A stretch of 64,000 nt of DNA from Candidatus Daviesbacteria bacterium GW2011_GWA1_41_61 (GTDB lineage: Bacteria; Patescibacteriota; Microgenomatia; Daviesbacterales; UBA10151). The DNA lies in assembly GCA_000997385.1 (NCBI GenBank), contig LCBT01000001.1, forward strand, positions 49,707 to 113,706, given 5' to 3'. The notes beneath the pieces were generated by a model that worked only from the letters and a program-made list of their open reading frames with translations, did not search any database and was not told where the DNA came from. Every line of letters begins with the position of its first letter. Position 1 is the first letter of the stretch. The position numbers and the translations under genes are program-made. Below are positions 45,618-56,133 of this stretch, piece after piece.

Positions 45618-46532
45618 ATGAATACCTATCACATTCCAGTGATGCTTAAGGAGACTCTTCAATTCCTTCAGGTTAAACCTAAAGCTTGGTATATCGATGC
45701 TAATTTAGGAGGCGGAGGTCATACAGAAGGGATTATTAAAGCAAGAAGTAAGGTTTTAGGGATAGATTTAGACCCGGAAGCTATTAGGGAAGTGGCTAAA
45801 AACCATCACCTGGAGGTGAAACTCATTAATGACCACCTTCAGGCTATCTCTGCTGATTTAATCCTTTATCAGTCAAACTTTGCCCACATGGGAGAAGTTG
45901 TTAAAAAACTGCAGTTAGATAAAATCTTAGGAGTACTTTTTGATTTAGGAGTCTCTTCTCATCAGTTGGAGAAACCACAAAGAGGGTTTAGTTTTAACCT
46001 TGAAGCTCCTTTAGACATGAGGATGGACCCACAGCATATGACAGTTACCGCTGCTGATCTAATCAACGCTTTACATGAAAATGAGCTTACCCAACTTATT
46101 CAAAAATATGGGGAAGAAAGATATGCTAAAAGAATCGCCAAGAAAATTGTTGAAGAAAGAAAAAAACAAAGAATAGCCACTACCAACCATCTTGCTCAAA
46201 TCATTACCTCTGTTAGACCCAAATCCAAAGCTGACAGAACTCATCCGGCTACCAGAACTTTTCAAGCGCTGAGGATTGCCGTCAATGACGAGCTCCATAG
46301 TTTAAAGGAAGCTTTACCTCAAGTCTTAGAAGTACTCAGTCCAGGAGGAAGATTGGTAGTGATTAGCTTTCATTCCCTAGAAGATCGGATTGTTAAAAAC
46401 TTTTTTAAAGATGAGAACAAAAAGGGTTCGATCAAAATTATTACTCAAAAACCTTTAATTCCTTCTGAAGAAGAAGTTAAAACTAACCCCCGTTCCAGAA
46501 GCGGTAAACTCCGTGTAGCTGAGAAACTCTAA
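45618..46532 (+). CDS. rsmH: 16S rRNA (cytosine1402-N4)-methyltransferase RsmH (MraW)
   Basis: N-terminus YHIPVMLKETLQFL...YIDANLGGGGHTEGI matches the RsmH consensus. It lies on the opposite strand and about 7 kb from mraZ/ftsL. Confidence 0.9.
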   Translation: MNTYHIPVMLKETLQFLQVKPKAWYIDANLGGGGHTEGIIKARSKVLGIDLDPEAIREVAKNHHLEVKLINDHLQAISADLILYQSNFAHMGEVVKKLQLDKILGVLFDLGVSSHQLEKPQRGFSFNLEAPLDMRMDPQHMTVTAADLINALHENELTQLIQKYGEERYAKRIAKKIVEERKKQRIATTNHLAQIITSVRPKSKADRTHPATRTFQALRIAVNDELHSLKEALPQVLEVLSPGGRLVVISFHSLEDRIVKNFFKDENKKGSIKIITQKPLIPSEEEVKTNPRSRSGKLRVAEKL

Positions 46533-46533
46533 C

Positions 46534-47643
46534 TTAACCAACTTCATTATAGTAAAAACTATTTATCTTTCCACAGATATAATCAACTTGTTGTATTGTC
46601 ATCTGGGGATGACAAGGCAAAGATAAAATTCTCTTAACAAATTTTTTAGCATTAGGTAGATTTTGACAATTGTAAAAACCCTTTAGAAATAGTTGCTGCG
46701 GAATAAGTAACGGATAGTGAACTGCAACAGGGATATCGCTTTTTTCTAAATAAAGTTTCAACTGATCCCTTTCTCGGGTCTGAATAACAAAAAGATGGAA
46801 ATTCCCTTTTGAATCGCCTGGTGGCTTAATTACCTTTATTTGGGGGAACTTCGACAAATTGTGCATATACCTTAATGCCAACTGCTCTCTTTTGTCATTA
46901 TTTTTATCTAAATTTTTAAGTTTTACTTTTAAAATTGCCGCCTGTATCTCGTCTAATCTGCTGTTAAGGCCATATCTTACATGTTTGTATTTACCTTTTT
47001 GTCCATAATCCCTTATCTGATAGCACAGAGAAGCAAGCTTATTTTTGTTAGTCACAATCGCTCCTCCATCACCCAACCCCCCTAAATTTTTAGTGGGATA
47101 GAAACTGAAGCATCCTAGATCCCCAAAAGTACCGAGTTTACGACTTCTATACTGCGACCCGTGAGCTTGGCAAGCATCTTCGATTAAATAAAGCTTATGT
47201 CTTTTACAAAGGGCCAGAATCTTACTAAGTTCTACAGAATTTCCGTAAAGATGTACGGGGAGAATTACTTTAGTGTGTTTTGTCAAAGCTTGACTAATCT
47301 TATTAGTATCTATTAAACCATCCTCTGTAGTGTCGACAAATACAGGTCTAGCTTTTACAGCAAGTATTGCTAAAGTAGTAGCAACTGCAGATATAGGTGT
47401 GGTTATTACTTCATCCCCTTCCCTAATACCCAAGGCCATCAGGGAAATTTGTAAAGCCTCCAGGCCGTTACCTACACCAATGCAGTGTTTTGCTCCTAGA
47501 TAGTTTGCAAATTCCTTCTCAAATGCTAAAACCTCACGGCCTAAAATATACCAGCCGGAAAACAAAACAGCCTCTACCGCGGCTATGAATTCTTCTTGAT
47601 ATTCCTTAACCTCTTCCTGAAAATTATTAAATTTTATCTTCAT
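46534..47643 (-). CDS. DegT/DnrJ/EryC1-family PLP-dependent sugar aminotransferase (FdtB/QdtB-like)
   Basis: PLP-lysine region SFYPTKNLGGLGDGGAIVTN plus the N-terminal fold. Its stop is 1 nt from the convergent rsmH stop. Confidence 0.85.
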   Translation of the reverse strand: MKIKFNNFQEEVKEYQEEFIAAVEAVLFSGWYILGREVLAFEKEFANYLGAKHCIGVGNGLEALQISLMALGIREGDEVITTPISAVATTLAILAVKARPVFVDTTEDGLIDTNKISQALTKHTKVILPVHLYGNSVELSKILALCKRHKLYLIEDACQAHGSQYRSRKLGTFGDLGCFSFYPTKNLGGLGDGGAIVTNKNKLASLCYQIRDYGQKGKYKHVRYGLNSRLDEIQAAILKVKLKNLDKNNDKREQLALRYMHNLSKFPQIKVIKPPGDSKGNFHLFVIQTRERDQLKLYLEKSDIPVAVHYPLLIPQQLFLKGFYNCQNLPNAKKFVKRILSLPCHPQMTIQQVDYICGKINSFYYNEVG

Positions 47644-48058
47644 TCTGATTCTTTTGTTTAACTAATTTTACGAATTCATTATAATCCCGAATATAATCCT
47701 CTGGTTTATAAACATCTGAGGCAAGAACTAATAAAATCGTGTTTTCTTGAAAATCATGCATTTCATGCCAAATCATTTTATTTAAAAAGATTCCCTCCTC
47801 TGGTTTATCCAAAATAACCTCTTCTCTTCTAATTCCATCATCAAGCACCATTTTAATGTGTCCTTGAATACAAAAAAGAACTTGATGTGTCTGATGATGG
47901 GCATGAAATCCGCGCCCAATTTGTCTTTTAGCCTGAGTAATATAATAAATTCTCTTAATAGAAAAGGGGATATGATCATAATTTTGGGCAAAATAAAGAT
48001 AACAATCATCAAAAATTTTGGGGATAGTAATTAATCTAACCAAGGAATCTCTAATCAT
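47627..48058 (-). CDS. dTDP-sugar 3,4-ketoisomerase, FdtA/QdtA (WxcM-like cupin) family
   Basis: GFHAHHQTHQVLFCIQGHIKMVLDDG...MIWHEMHDF...LLVLASDVYKPEDYIRDYNEF closely parallels the FdtA consensus (RGGHAHK..HQVLIC..DDG..MIWRE..LVLASD.Y...DYIRDYDEF). Confidence 0.75.
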   Translation of the reverse strand: MIRDSLVRLITIPKIFDDCYLYFAQNYDHIPFSIKRIYYITQAKRQIGRGFHAHHQTHQVLFCIQGHIKMVLDDGIRREEVILDKPEEGIFLNKMIWHEMHDFQENTILLVLASDVYKPEDYIRDYNEFVKLVKQKNQNEDKI

Positions 48059-49181
48059 TCAAATCTGTCACCTCTTTGTAAATATCTAACGTTTGTTTAG
48101 CCATTTTACTCCAATCAAACAACTTGTATCTTCTCTCTCCTTTTCTAATTAACTCTTTTCTTAACTTCTCATCAGTTAAAACTCTTTTAATTTTTAAAAC
48201 CATATCCTCTGTGTCTTGTGGATCAAAATAAAAGGCGGCCTCCCCTCCTACTTCCGGCAATGATCCGGCTTTTGAACAAACAACTGGACAACCACTGGCC
48301 ATCGCCTCCAAAAGTGGTATCCCAAACCCCTCTTCCAGAGAAGGAAAAACATAAGCCCTAGCATTTTTATAAAGTACCACCAGCTCTCTATCAGATACCG
48401 GACCAGTAAAAATAACTTCTTTAATTTTAGTTGATTGTTTTAAAAATTTATAAAAATGACTCTCAGGTCCTGATAAAACCAAATTAAGACCAGACCAATC
48501 GTTCTTTAATATAGTGAATGCTTTGATGAGTTGATGAATGTTTTTATGAGGATAAGCATTACCGACATAAAAAAGATAGGGCTTTTTAAAACCAAATTTT
48601 GCAGATAATTTTAGAAAATCTTTTTCACTTAATTCATCTAATAACTTAAGGAAACCTCCTTCAACTCCTTCATAAGTTACCATAATCTTATCTCTTTTTA
48701 CTCTCCACTCGTTTATTAATTGTTCTTTTACAAAGTTGGAGGGAGTGATAATTTTGTCAGATTTACTAAGGGCTTTCAGAAAAATTTTCTCAAAACCAAT
48801 TTTCTTTATTTGATATGTTAAATAATTATGTATCGTGGCCTCTTTAAGTTGAAAATGTTGGTGAATAAGGTCATGAATTGTTACTATATATTGACCGGAA
48901 TAAAAAATAGGGACGTTAAAATGAGGAAAATGAACCACATCTAATTGATATTTTTTAAGTAACGGAGGAAATTTTAATTGTTCAGCAAATCCATACCAAG
49001 GAAAATCTGCCAAGACCGGATGAAAATTACCAGCTAATTTTAAACTATCAAAATCCTCTTTTTGTAAAAAGATGTAATATTGATTTTCCTGATCAATTAG
49101 TTGTAAGTTAGCTATTAAATTACGGATGTATCTGCCAATCCCTGATTGGCGATACATCCTAGCATCTATCCCAATCTTCAT
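48051..49181 (-). CDS. Glycosyltransferase family 4
   Basis: EEGFGIPLLEAMASGCPVVCS. Confidence 0.8.
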   Translation of the reverse strand: MKIGIDARMYRQSGIGRYIRNLIANLQLIDQENQYYIFLQKEDFDSLKLAGNFHPVLADFPWYGFAEQLKFPPLLKKYQLDVVHFPHFNVPIFYSGQYIVTIHDLIHQHFQLKEATIHNYLTYQIKKIGFEKIFLKALSKSDKIITPSNFVKEQLINEWRVKRDKIMVTYEGVEGGFLKLLDELSEKDFLKLSAKFGFKKPYLFYVGNAYPHKNIHQLIKAFTILKNDWSGLNLVLSGPESHFYKFLKQSTKIKEVIFTGPVSDRELVVLYKNARAYVFPSLEEGFGIPLLEAMASGCPVVCSKAGSLPEVGGEAAFYFDPQDTEDMVLKIKRVLTDEKLRKELIRKGERRYKLFDWSKMAKQTLDIYKEVTDLND

Positions 49182-50275
49182 AAGCTATTTCTAAAAATAT
49201 TATGTAATTTTTGAGCAGATTTATCCCAACTGAATCTTTTTAAGTTTTCTCTTCCCCTATCAATAAGCTTTTGCTGTACTTTTTTATCCTTTAAAATTTT
49301 CAAAATCACCGCAGCCATATCTTGGTCATCTTGAGGGTTAAAATATAAAGCTCCTTCCCCGCCTACTTCAGGAAGTGTGGAAGCTTGGCTTACAGCCACC
49401 GGAACATCCATATATTGAGCTTCTAAAATTGGCAAACCAAAACCCTCATAGAGGGAAGGAAAAACAAAAACATCTGCCAGTCCAAAATAATTAGCAAGCT
49501 CTACCTCAGGAATAAATCCACTAACAATTATATCTTTTTTAAATGGATGTTGTTCAATTAACTCTAAAATCTCACTACTTGGCATACCGCCAAGTAATAA
49601 ACGGGCTTCTGTTTTAGTGCGAATTTTTTGAAATGCCGAAAGTAAAACGGGGATGTTTTTATGGGGACGCCATCCCCCAACATAAAATATTACTGGACAA
49701 TGAATGCCCAATTTCTGTTTTAATCTTAACATCTGTTTTCTGTCCTGTTTAAACCTGGAAAAATCTACTCCCAGGGGAATAACTTCAATTTTTTTAGGAT
49801 GAGCTCCTAATCTTTTAACAAACTCATCTTTTCCTATTTGAGTATCTGCCAGTATCTTGTAAGCGCATTTTCCCCCCATCCACAACACCAAAAAGTACCC
49901 CCATTTAAAGACAGGACCTTTTAATAAATTTCCTGGAAATTGTAAATAGGCCAAATCATGGACTGTGGTTATAAATTTCCCTGGATAAAAAATTGGGTGA
50001 TTAAAATTGGGAAAATACATTAAATCTAATTTATGAATCAGAAGTTTTAGGGGAAAAATAAATTGTTCCGACAAACTAAAATGTTTGATATCAACAACCT
50101 CTACCTGAAAATTACTGACATTAAGGTCCCACTCTTCTAAGCCATTCTTTCTTAGAAATACGATATATTTATTTTCTTTATCATATTTTGCCAGCGCTTT
50201 AACTATCCCCTTAGTGTGTTGGGAAAGACCGGCATTGCTACTGTGCCAAAATCTGCCATCAATACCAATCCGCAT
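49178..50275 (-). CDS. Glycosyltransferase family 4
   Basis: YEGFGLPILEAQYMDVPVAVS. Confidence 0.8.
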   Translation of the reverse strand: MRIGIDGRFWHSSNAGLSQHTKGIVKALAKYDKENKYIVFLRKNGLEEWDLNVSNFQVEVVDIKHFSLSEQFIFPLKLLIHKLDLMYFPNFNHPIFYPGKFITTVHDLAYLQFPGNLLKGPVFKWGYFLVLWMGGKCAYKILADTQIGKDEFVKRLGAHPKKIEVIPLGVDFSRFKQDRKQMLRLKQKLGIHCPVIFYVGGWRPHKNIPVLLSAFQKIRTKTEARLLLGGMPSSEILELIEQHPFKKDIIVSGFIPEVELANYFGLADVFVFPSLYEGFGLPILEAQYMDVPVAVSQASTLPEVGGEGALYFNPQDDQDMAAVILKILKDKKVQQKLIDRGRENLKRFSWDKSAQKLHNIFRNSL

Positions 50276-50279
50276 ATCT

Positions 50280-51185
50280 TTATACTTTAAGCTTCCTTTT
50301 AGCTAAGGCCCATCTTAAGTTGATACCAAGGTAGACCAACCAATTTATAAAAAATGGGTAGTCGGCAGCTAAATTTTTTTGATAAAAAATTTTCATTGTT
50401 TCATAAAAAAAGTTGACAGAGCGCAGCCTTGATACAAGATCGGTAGTAGTAAGCTGCTGACTATGTTTCTTGATACCTGAACTAATTCCTTTATAGTGAA
50501 TAATTTTTACTTGTGGCAAGTACACAATTTTATACCCGGCTTTTTTTATTCTAAAGCACAGATCAATATCCTCGGCGTACATATAATAATCTTCATCAAA
50601 CAGTCCTACCTTATCCAGTACCGACTTTCTGGTTAAAATAAACGCCCCAGTTAAACTATCCACTTCATGAGGTTTAGAAAAATCCCGATTACTCAGATGA
50701 TAAAGGCTATCATTTTTAAAAAAATAGTAGAGCAAAGAAGCTAGTGGTGTGGGAAAACCGCGATGGGAAGCCCAATCTAAGGAACCATCAGCCAGTTCTA
50801 CCCGAGGACTAACAGTTCCCACTTGAGGATGCTCTTCCAGATAATCCAACAAAGTCTTAAGTGTTGTGGGAAGTATTTTAGTATCAGGATTGAGAATTAA
50901 GACATATTCACTTTTTACCTTCCGAAGAGCCAAATTGTTACCCTTAGTAAATCCTAAATTATCACCGCTTTGAATATAATTAAATTTAGGAAAAAATCTC
51001 TGGGCTTTTTTCAAACTCTCATCTGATGAATTATTGTCTACCACCCAAATATCTAAATTTGCCTCCTCTTCAACTTCATGCAGAGAATTAAGACATTCAC
51101 TAAGATAATTTCCAGTATTGTAGTTTAAAATCACAACTGACAGGTTTTTTTTAACTGCCATTTTTAACCTCCGTGTAAATACCAT
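50280..51185 (-). CDS. Glycosyltransferase family 2
   Basis: LSVVILNYNTGNYLSECL and DxD-type acidic motifs. Confidence 0.7.
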   Translation of the reverse strand: MVFTRRLKMAVKKNLSVVILNYNTGNYLSECLNSLHEVEEEANLDIWVVDNNSSDESLKKAQRFFPKFNYIQSGDNLGFTKGNNLALRKVKSEYVLILNPDTKILPTTLKTLLDYLEEHPQVGTVSPRVELADGSLDWASHRGFPTPLASLLYYFFKNDSLYHLSNRDFSKPHEVDSLTGAFILTRKSVLDKVGLFDEDYYMYAEDIDLCFRIKKAGYKIVYLPQVKIIHYKGISSGIKKHSQQLTTTDLVSRLRSVNFFYETMKIFYQKNLAADYPFFINWLVYLGINLRWALAKRKLKV

Positions 51186-52344
51186 CTAATTTGTGGGCAA
51201 TTGCTTGATAGGAGTATTTTTCTTCGACCAACTTGCGGGCATTAAGGGCCAGTTTTTTATAAAGATCCTTATTTTGAAGCAACCTAATTGCCAAAGTGGA
51301 TAATTCTTCGGGAGTCCTGCCAACTAAGACTGACTGCCCATCTAGGGCATCAATACCTTCAATACCAATATTGGTAGTCACTACCGGAAGCTTGGCTCCC
51401 ATCGCTCCTAAAATTTTCAACCTGCTGCCTCCCGGACCATATAAGGGGGCTACCAAAATACCGCTTTCCTGATAAGCCTTCTTTACTCCCTTGATATCTT
51501 CAATCTTTAAATCTACAAGTCGGACATTTTCCGCTTTTAAGTTAGCGATCTTTTCGATATGTTGTCCGGCAATTAAAAGTTTCGCTTGAGGAATTTCTTT
51601 TAAAATTGCCGGGAAAAGTTGGGTCACTAAAATTTTAGCTGCCTCAATATTTTGCATCCAATCATAATTGGCCATAAAAAGAATATTTTGGGAAAAGTGC
51701 AGCGGCACCTCTTCCATCAAATCTTCACCAACTCCGTTAGGAACTACCGAAACATTCATTGTAGGACTGGAGACTCTCATTTTTTTAGCATCTGATTCAG
51801 AGACAGCCACTGCCCTAGCAGCTTTGCGCCAGTAATAAGTTTCCCAATATTTTATTTTTAAAACGTCCAGCCAAAGTAAAGGCTTTAAAAACCACCATTT
51901 AAAGGTTTCAACGTAATGCTGGTAAACCTGGTATTCAATAGTTTGATCAACCAACACTACGGGTACGGCAGTATTAGGGATATGGGGAGATACATAGAAG
52001 GTCTCCGCATGAATAATATCAAACTCTTCTTTTTTTAAAATGTCTGCTACACTTCTCTTTTCTTCAGAAGAAAAATTCCTGATGACTAAAAAGGGATTTA
52101 AACTAAAACATGTTTTTAAAATATTCTGTAAAGTCCAAGGTCTCTCTGGCCTTTTAAAAACCCTGACATTTTGACAATATCTTTCCAGTTCTCCAACATA
52201 CTCTGTCTCTTTTTCATACTTTATTAAGGAATAAAGAGTAATTTGATGTTTTTTAGAAAGTTGTTTGATCAAATTATAAGAACGTATTTGCCCTCCTGAA
52301 GAAGGAGGATAAGGTAGATATGGCGTAAGCATTAATATCTTCAT
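51151..52344 (-). CDS. Glycosyltransferase family 4-like (GT-B)
   Basis: N-terminal MKILMLTPYLPYPPSSGGQIR and a C-terminal GT-B Rossmann domain. Confidence 0.65.
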   Translation of the reverse strand: MKILMLTPYLPYPPSSGGQIRSYNLIKQLSKKHQITLYSLIKYEKETEYVGELERYCQNVRVFKRPERPWTLQNILKTCFSLNPFLVIRNFSSEEKRSVADILKKEEFDIIHAETFYVSPHIPNTAVPVVLVDQTIEYQVYQHYVETFKWWFLKPLLWLDVLKIKYWETYYWRKAARAVAVSESDAKKMRVSSPTMNVSVVPNGVGEDLMEEVPLHFSQNILFMANYDWMQNIEAAKILVTQLFPAILKEIPQAKLLIAGQHIEKIANLKAENVRLVDLKIEDIKGVKKAYQESGILVAPLYGPGGSRLKILGAMGAKLPVVTTNIGIEGIDALDGQSVLVGRTPEELSTLAIRLLQNKDLYKKLALNARKLVEEKYSYQAIAHKLDGIYTEVKNGS

Positions 52345-52347
52345 CGC

Positions 52348-53862
52348 TTATTTTAAATCTTTGGGTGCAGTATATTCAGGTTTTGGCCGGGTTAAGTCCA
52401 AAATTATAAATTGGGGTGTTTGGGATATAATCTCATACTGTCCCATCAGAGATTTGGTATCGGCATCTAAACTTACGGAAACATAATGAGTCACTCCATA
52501 CATCTTCTTTAAGTTATCCACAGAGGAGACCATCACCGGAAATCCCGGCCGGTTAACTTGATACAAAAAAGCGGTATCCCCGCCATAAGGAGCTACCACT
52601 ACCGCCTCTTTAGGTAAAATTTTATCAGCAAACCGGCCGGCTTCAACAATAGCCCAGTTATTAACTTGAAATAGACCTTTCACTTCCAGCCATCCTAGAT
52701 ATATTGTCAGAAATAATAATAACATGGCCAAAGGAATAGTCACTAAACGTGGCAGAAAATTTCCCACACCCCGCAGCAGCAAGACAACCCCCCGGGCAGT
52801 AAAAATTGATAAAGCGGGAATAATAAAAGTCTGATAGTAATCATGCATGACATTACCAGTGGCAAAAACCACTAAAAATAACAATGAAGAAGCTAAAAAG
52901 AGATGTAAAATGTAACCTTCCCGGATATTTGGTTTAATTAATGACCCCAAGGCAAAAAGGACTGATCCCGCCACTGTCAGAATTTCCCGGCCGAATCTAT
53001 CTCCGACAATCCATTTCCAAAAAGCCGGCCTAAACCTAATGCCGTTACCATTGAACAGCCAGTTGGAAGCCGGAATGCCATCCGGGTATTGGTTAATCCA
53101 TATCCTCCAAGCCACAATAGGCCAAAAAGATAAAATAATCCACAAGAAGTATCTTTTAGGGATCGGCCAAATCTGGCCTTCCTTTTGCCAGTAAGAAAGA
53201 ATCAGCGGCAAAAGGTAAAAAGCAGCCATCGGTTTAGTTAGAAAAGCTACAGCTGTAAAAAATACGCTGCCCAAAAAGAGCTTACGGCTATTTTCGAAGA
53301 TCCAGCGCTCAGTAAAATAAAACATTCCTAAGGAGAAAAAAACCAATGATGGTTCAGGTAAAATAACCCGGGAAAAATAAATATTAAAAGGCAATACGGC
53401 AAAAATAAAGGCTGATAGGAGGGCTGTAAAATAATCCCAATGCCTTTTGGTAATCAAGTAGATAAAAACCAATGAACCCAAAGACATAAAAATGGAGACT
53501 AACCGGGCCAAACGTTCATCAACCCCTCCGTTTAACAGATAAAGGAAATAAACTAAGCTGTTATAGATCGGAAGTTCCACAAAGCGCAGACGTCTTAAAT
53601 TCGGGTTGTCTTTACCCATCGGTGACATATCATCACCCCGGGGCATTAGAGGAGTAAAACCTTCCTTGTAAAAATTCCTGGCTACAGCTGCTGTGTCAGC
53701 TTGTCTCCAGGAATGCCAGTCAGCCACCGGATTATCAATTTTATAAAATCTGACCCCAAAAGCGACGAAAATAATAAGGACCAACCAAAACAAATGGCTT
53801 TTTAATAACTTAATTAAATATAAACTGAGTACCTTAAGCATTACCGGACTTCTCATGATCAT
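52348..53862 (-). CDS. GT-C fold membrane glycosyltransferase (ArnT/PMT-like)
   Basis: 504 aa with at least 11 TM helices. A first periplasmic loop with acidic/aromatic residues (DWHSWRQADTAAVARNF) and a C-terminal soluble domain. Confidence 0.5.
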   Translation of the reverse strand: MIMRSPVMLKVLSLYLIKLLKSHLFWLVLIIFVAFGVRFYKIDNPVADWHSWRQADTAAVARNFYKEGFTPLMPRGDDMSPMGKDNPNLRRLRFVELPIYNSLVYFLYLLNGGVDERLARLVSIFMSLGSLVFIYLITKRHWDYFTALLSAFIFAVLPFNIYFSRVILPEPSLVFFSLGMFYFTERWIFENSRKLFLGSVFFTAVAFLTKPMAAFYLLPLILSYWQKEGQIWPIPKRYFLWIILSFWPIVAWRIWINQYPDGIPASNWLFNGNGIRFRPAFWKWIVGDRFGREILTVAGSVLFALGSLIKPNIREGYILHLFLASSLLFLVVFATGNVMHDYYQTFIIPALSIFTARGVVLLLRGVGNFLPRLVTIPLAMLLLFLTIYLGWLEVKGLFQVNNWAIVEAGRFADKILPKEAVVVAPYGGDTAFLYQVNRPGFPVMVSSVDNLKKMYGVTHYVSVSLDADTKSLMGQYEIISQTPQFIILDLTRPKPEYTAPKDLK

Positions 53863-55264
53863 ATACCCTCATCATCCCCCAACCAAGACCTAAAATCAGC
53901 CAAAAAATTTCCGCCACCTTAGAAGCCTCTAAAACGTCAATAAAAGTTGCTGTTACCAAAAAAACGATTATAGAACAGAGTAGTCCCACAATAAAAAATC
54001 TGGGGAAACCAGAAGACCCTTTGAGGAACCTTAACATCTTTTTTATGATGATAAAAAAGATTAAGCCTAGGGATAAGGTGCCCAAGAGCCCAGTTTCTCC
54101 TAGAGATCTTAAGTAACCGTTATCGGTAGCGATGGTTAAGGATGAATACCCCGTACCAAGTAATGGATTTTTATAAAATGCATTTAAGGCTCTGGGCCAC
54201 TCAACATTAAACCTGATGCCGAAGGACCTATAGACTCCCAGCTCAGTAGTATTAATCGGTTCTCCCGGAACAGTGTCAACAGCAATAGCTCCCGTTTCAG
54301 CAGCGGAAGAAGTAGAGACCGGAGAATTTATGCCGTCTGCCTGTTTTTGTTTAGGGGTAAATTTAGTCACTGTTCCCGGAGGCGGGGTATATTTTGGACC
54401 TCCACCCCCCATTAAATTAACCGTCACCGTCGCTACCATCCGGTGTCTTAAATCCGGCACTGCTGCCAAAATAGCCAAGGTTGCTATTACTAAACCTACC
54501 AAAAGCAACCTTTTTTTATTTAACCAAAAAACCAAGGCTATTCCCAAAAGTGTCGCCACAAAGGAAACTCTGGCAGCAGTGAAGCCTAAAAGGATAAAGC
54601 TGGAAATTGCAGTCACCATCACCGGTACCCTGACAATAATCTTTTTATAATAAAAAAATAGGCTGGCGGCGATGACTAGAACCAAGGAAAGGTAAACCGC
54701 TAAATCATAGTGACCGGCAAAGGTAGAATTAACCCTGGCTCCATTAGTTAAAGCCAAGACCAACCCTTTGGAAAACTCCTTATTAGTAGTAGAAATTACC
54801 GGAAATTCCAACCAAATCTGCCCAAATCCATAAACTATCACTGCCAAAGCAGTTACAAATAATACCCCCACCGACCACTTTGCTTGTTTGATAGAAGATA
54901 CCGAGGTGGCAGCAATGATAAACAAAGACATGTATTCAACACGCCTAAACCAATGCAAAAAACCGAGATGAGGAGTTACAAAATAAGTTACCAGTATGGC
55001 TGAAAGTAATGACAAGCCTCCAATTAACCAAAACAAGACAAAAGCTTGATAAACAGTCTCTGATACATAACCTTTTAGCTTAAAGAGGTGGCCAATCAAC
55101 CATAGAAAAATAGCAGCGGCAATTAAAAAATCCTCAGCTCTGACAGCCACATAAGTACCAGGAATATTAAACAGGGGAAATTTAGGATAAAGCGGTATAA
55201 ATACCAAAAGTAATAGTATCACCCCAAAAAAATATTTCTTAAATACTAAAGATAATCTTGGCAT
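53834..55264 (-). CDS. O-antigen ligase/polymerase family membrane protein (Wzy_C-like)
   Basis: Multi-TM protein with a large Pro/Gly/Thr-rich periplasmic loop. That loop ends in LLGTGYSSLTIATDNGYLRSLGETGLLG, analogous to the Wzy_C H-N-x-Y-L...E-x-G motif region. Confidence 0.5.
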   Translation of the reverse strand: MPRLSLVFKKYFFGVILLLLVFIPLYPKFPLFNIPGTYVAVRAEDFLIAAAIFLWLIGHLFKLKGYVSETVYQAFVLFWLIGGLSLLSAILVTYFVTPHLGFLHWFRRVEYMSLFIIAATSVSSIKQAKWSVGVLFVTALAVIVYGFGQIWLEFPVISTTNKEFSKGLVLALTNGARVNSTFAGHYDLAVYLSLVLVIAASLFFYYKKIIVRVPVMVTAISSFILLGFTAARVSFVATLLGIALVFWLNKKRLLLVGLVIATLAILAAVPDLRHRMVATVTVNLMGGGGPKYTPPPGTVTKFTPKQKQADGINSPVSTSSAAETGAIAVDTVPGEPINTTELGVYRSFGIRFNVEWPRALNAFYKNPLLGTGYSSLTIATDNGYLRSLGETGLLGTLSLGLIFFIIIKKMLRFLKGSSGFPRFFIVGLLCSIIVFLVTATFIDVLEASKVAEIFWLILGLGWGMMRVYDHEKSGNA

Positions 55265-56129
55265 AAGTTTTAGAAACTGCTGTTTTTCCTAAAGCTAAAA
55301 AGGCTACTATTCTCAAAGTAACAAACAAATAGATCAAAATTCGCAGTCCTAAACTTGCTAGAAAACCATAATACTTTTTGTAAATATATAAAAGTCCCCT
55401 AAACTCTCCCCTCCATTGACTGTATTTGGGTTGAGAAGAACTTTTACCCCCTAAATGAATTATTTGAGCATCTTTAGTCCAACCGACTTTAAAACCATGC
55501 TTTTGGGCCCTTAAACAATACTCCACATCCTCACCATACATAAAGATATTCTCATCCAGATAGCCGATTGTTTGCCAAACTTTGGATCTAATTATCATCA
55601 CTGATCCGGAGACCCAACCAACTTCTCTATCTTTATTATAATAATTTAAATCTCTGGCCTGATAGGAAAAATTTGAGACTATATCTCCCAAAAGGTCATC
55701 TGCCCCGCTAAGCCAGGCAAATATCGGTAAAAATGCCGGCAGTTGCCCAGCATTAGGTTGAAAATTTCCCTCTCCATCCATCAATTTGCAAGAAGCAATA
55801 TCATAGTCAGTTTTGTCCATAAAATCTATTAGCTTATCCAAGGAACCATCTAAAATTTTGGTATCGGAGTTTAACAGCAAGGCATATTTTGACTTAACTT
55901 CTTTTAGCCCTAAATTATTCCCTCCGGTAAAACCCAAATTTTGGCCGCTTTCTACAAAATTTACCTGTGGGAAGTTCTTTTTAACTAATGCGGCTGAGCC
56001 ATCAGAAGAACCGTTATCAACGATCATCACCTCAATACGATGCTGCCATTTTTTGTCAAAGATGCTTTGCAAACAGCTGTTCAATAAATCTTTAGTATTA
56101 AAATTGAGGATCAGAACTGTTAAATCCAT
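55239..56129 (-). CDS. Glycosyltransferase family 2
   Basis: DLTVLILNFNTKDLLNSCLQSI and VDNGSSD. Confidence 0.7.
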   Translation of the reverse strand: MDLTVLILNFNTKDLLNSCLQSIFDKKWQHRIEVMIVDNGSSDGSAALVKKNFPQVNFVESGQNLGFTGGNNLGLKEVKSKYALLLNSDTKILDGSLDKLIDFMDKTDYDIASCKLMDGEGNFQPNAGQLPAFLPIFAWLSGADDLLGDIVSNFSYQARDLNYYNKDREVGWVSGSVMIIRSKVWQTIGYLDENIFMYGEDVEYCLRAQKHGFKVGWTKDAQIIHLGGKSSSQPKYSQWRGEFRGLLYIYKKYYGFLASLGLRILIYLFVTLRIVAFLALGKTAVSKTYAKIIFSI

Positions 56130-56133
56130 CTTT

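Noticed and set aside
54273-54650. 125-aa plus-strand ORF that might be a separate gene
   Set aside because: It runs antisense to the Pro/Gly/Thr-rich periplasmic loop of the Wzy_C-like protein and is a compositional artefact.
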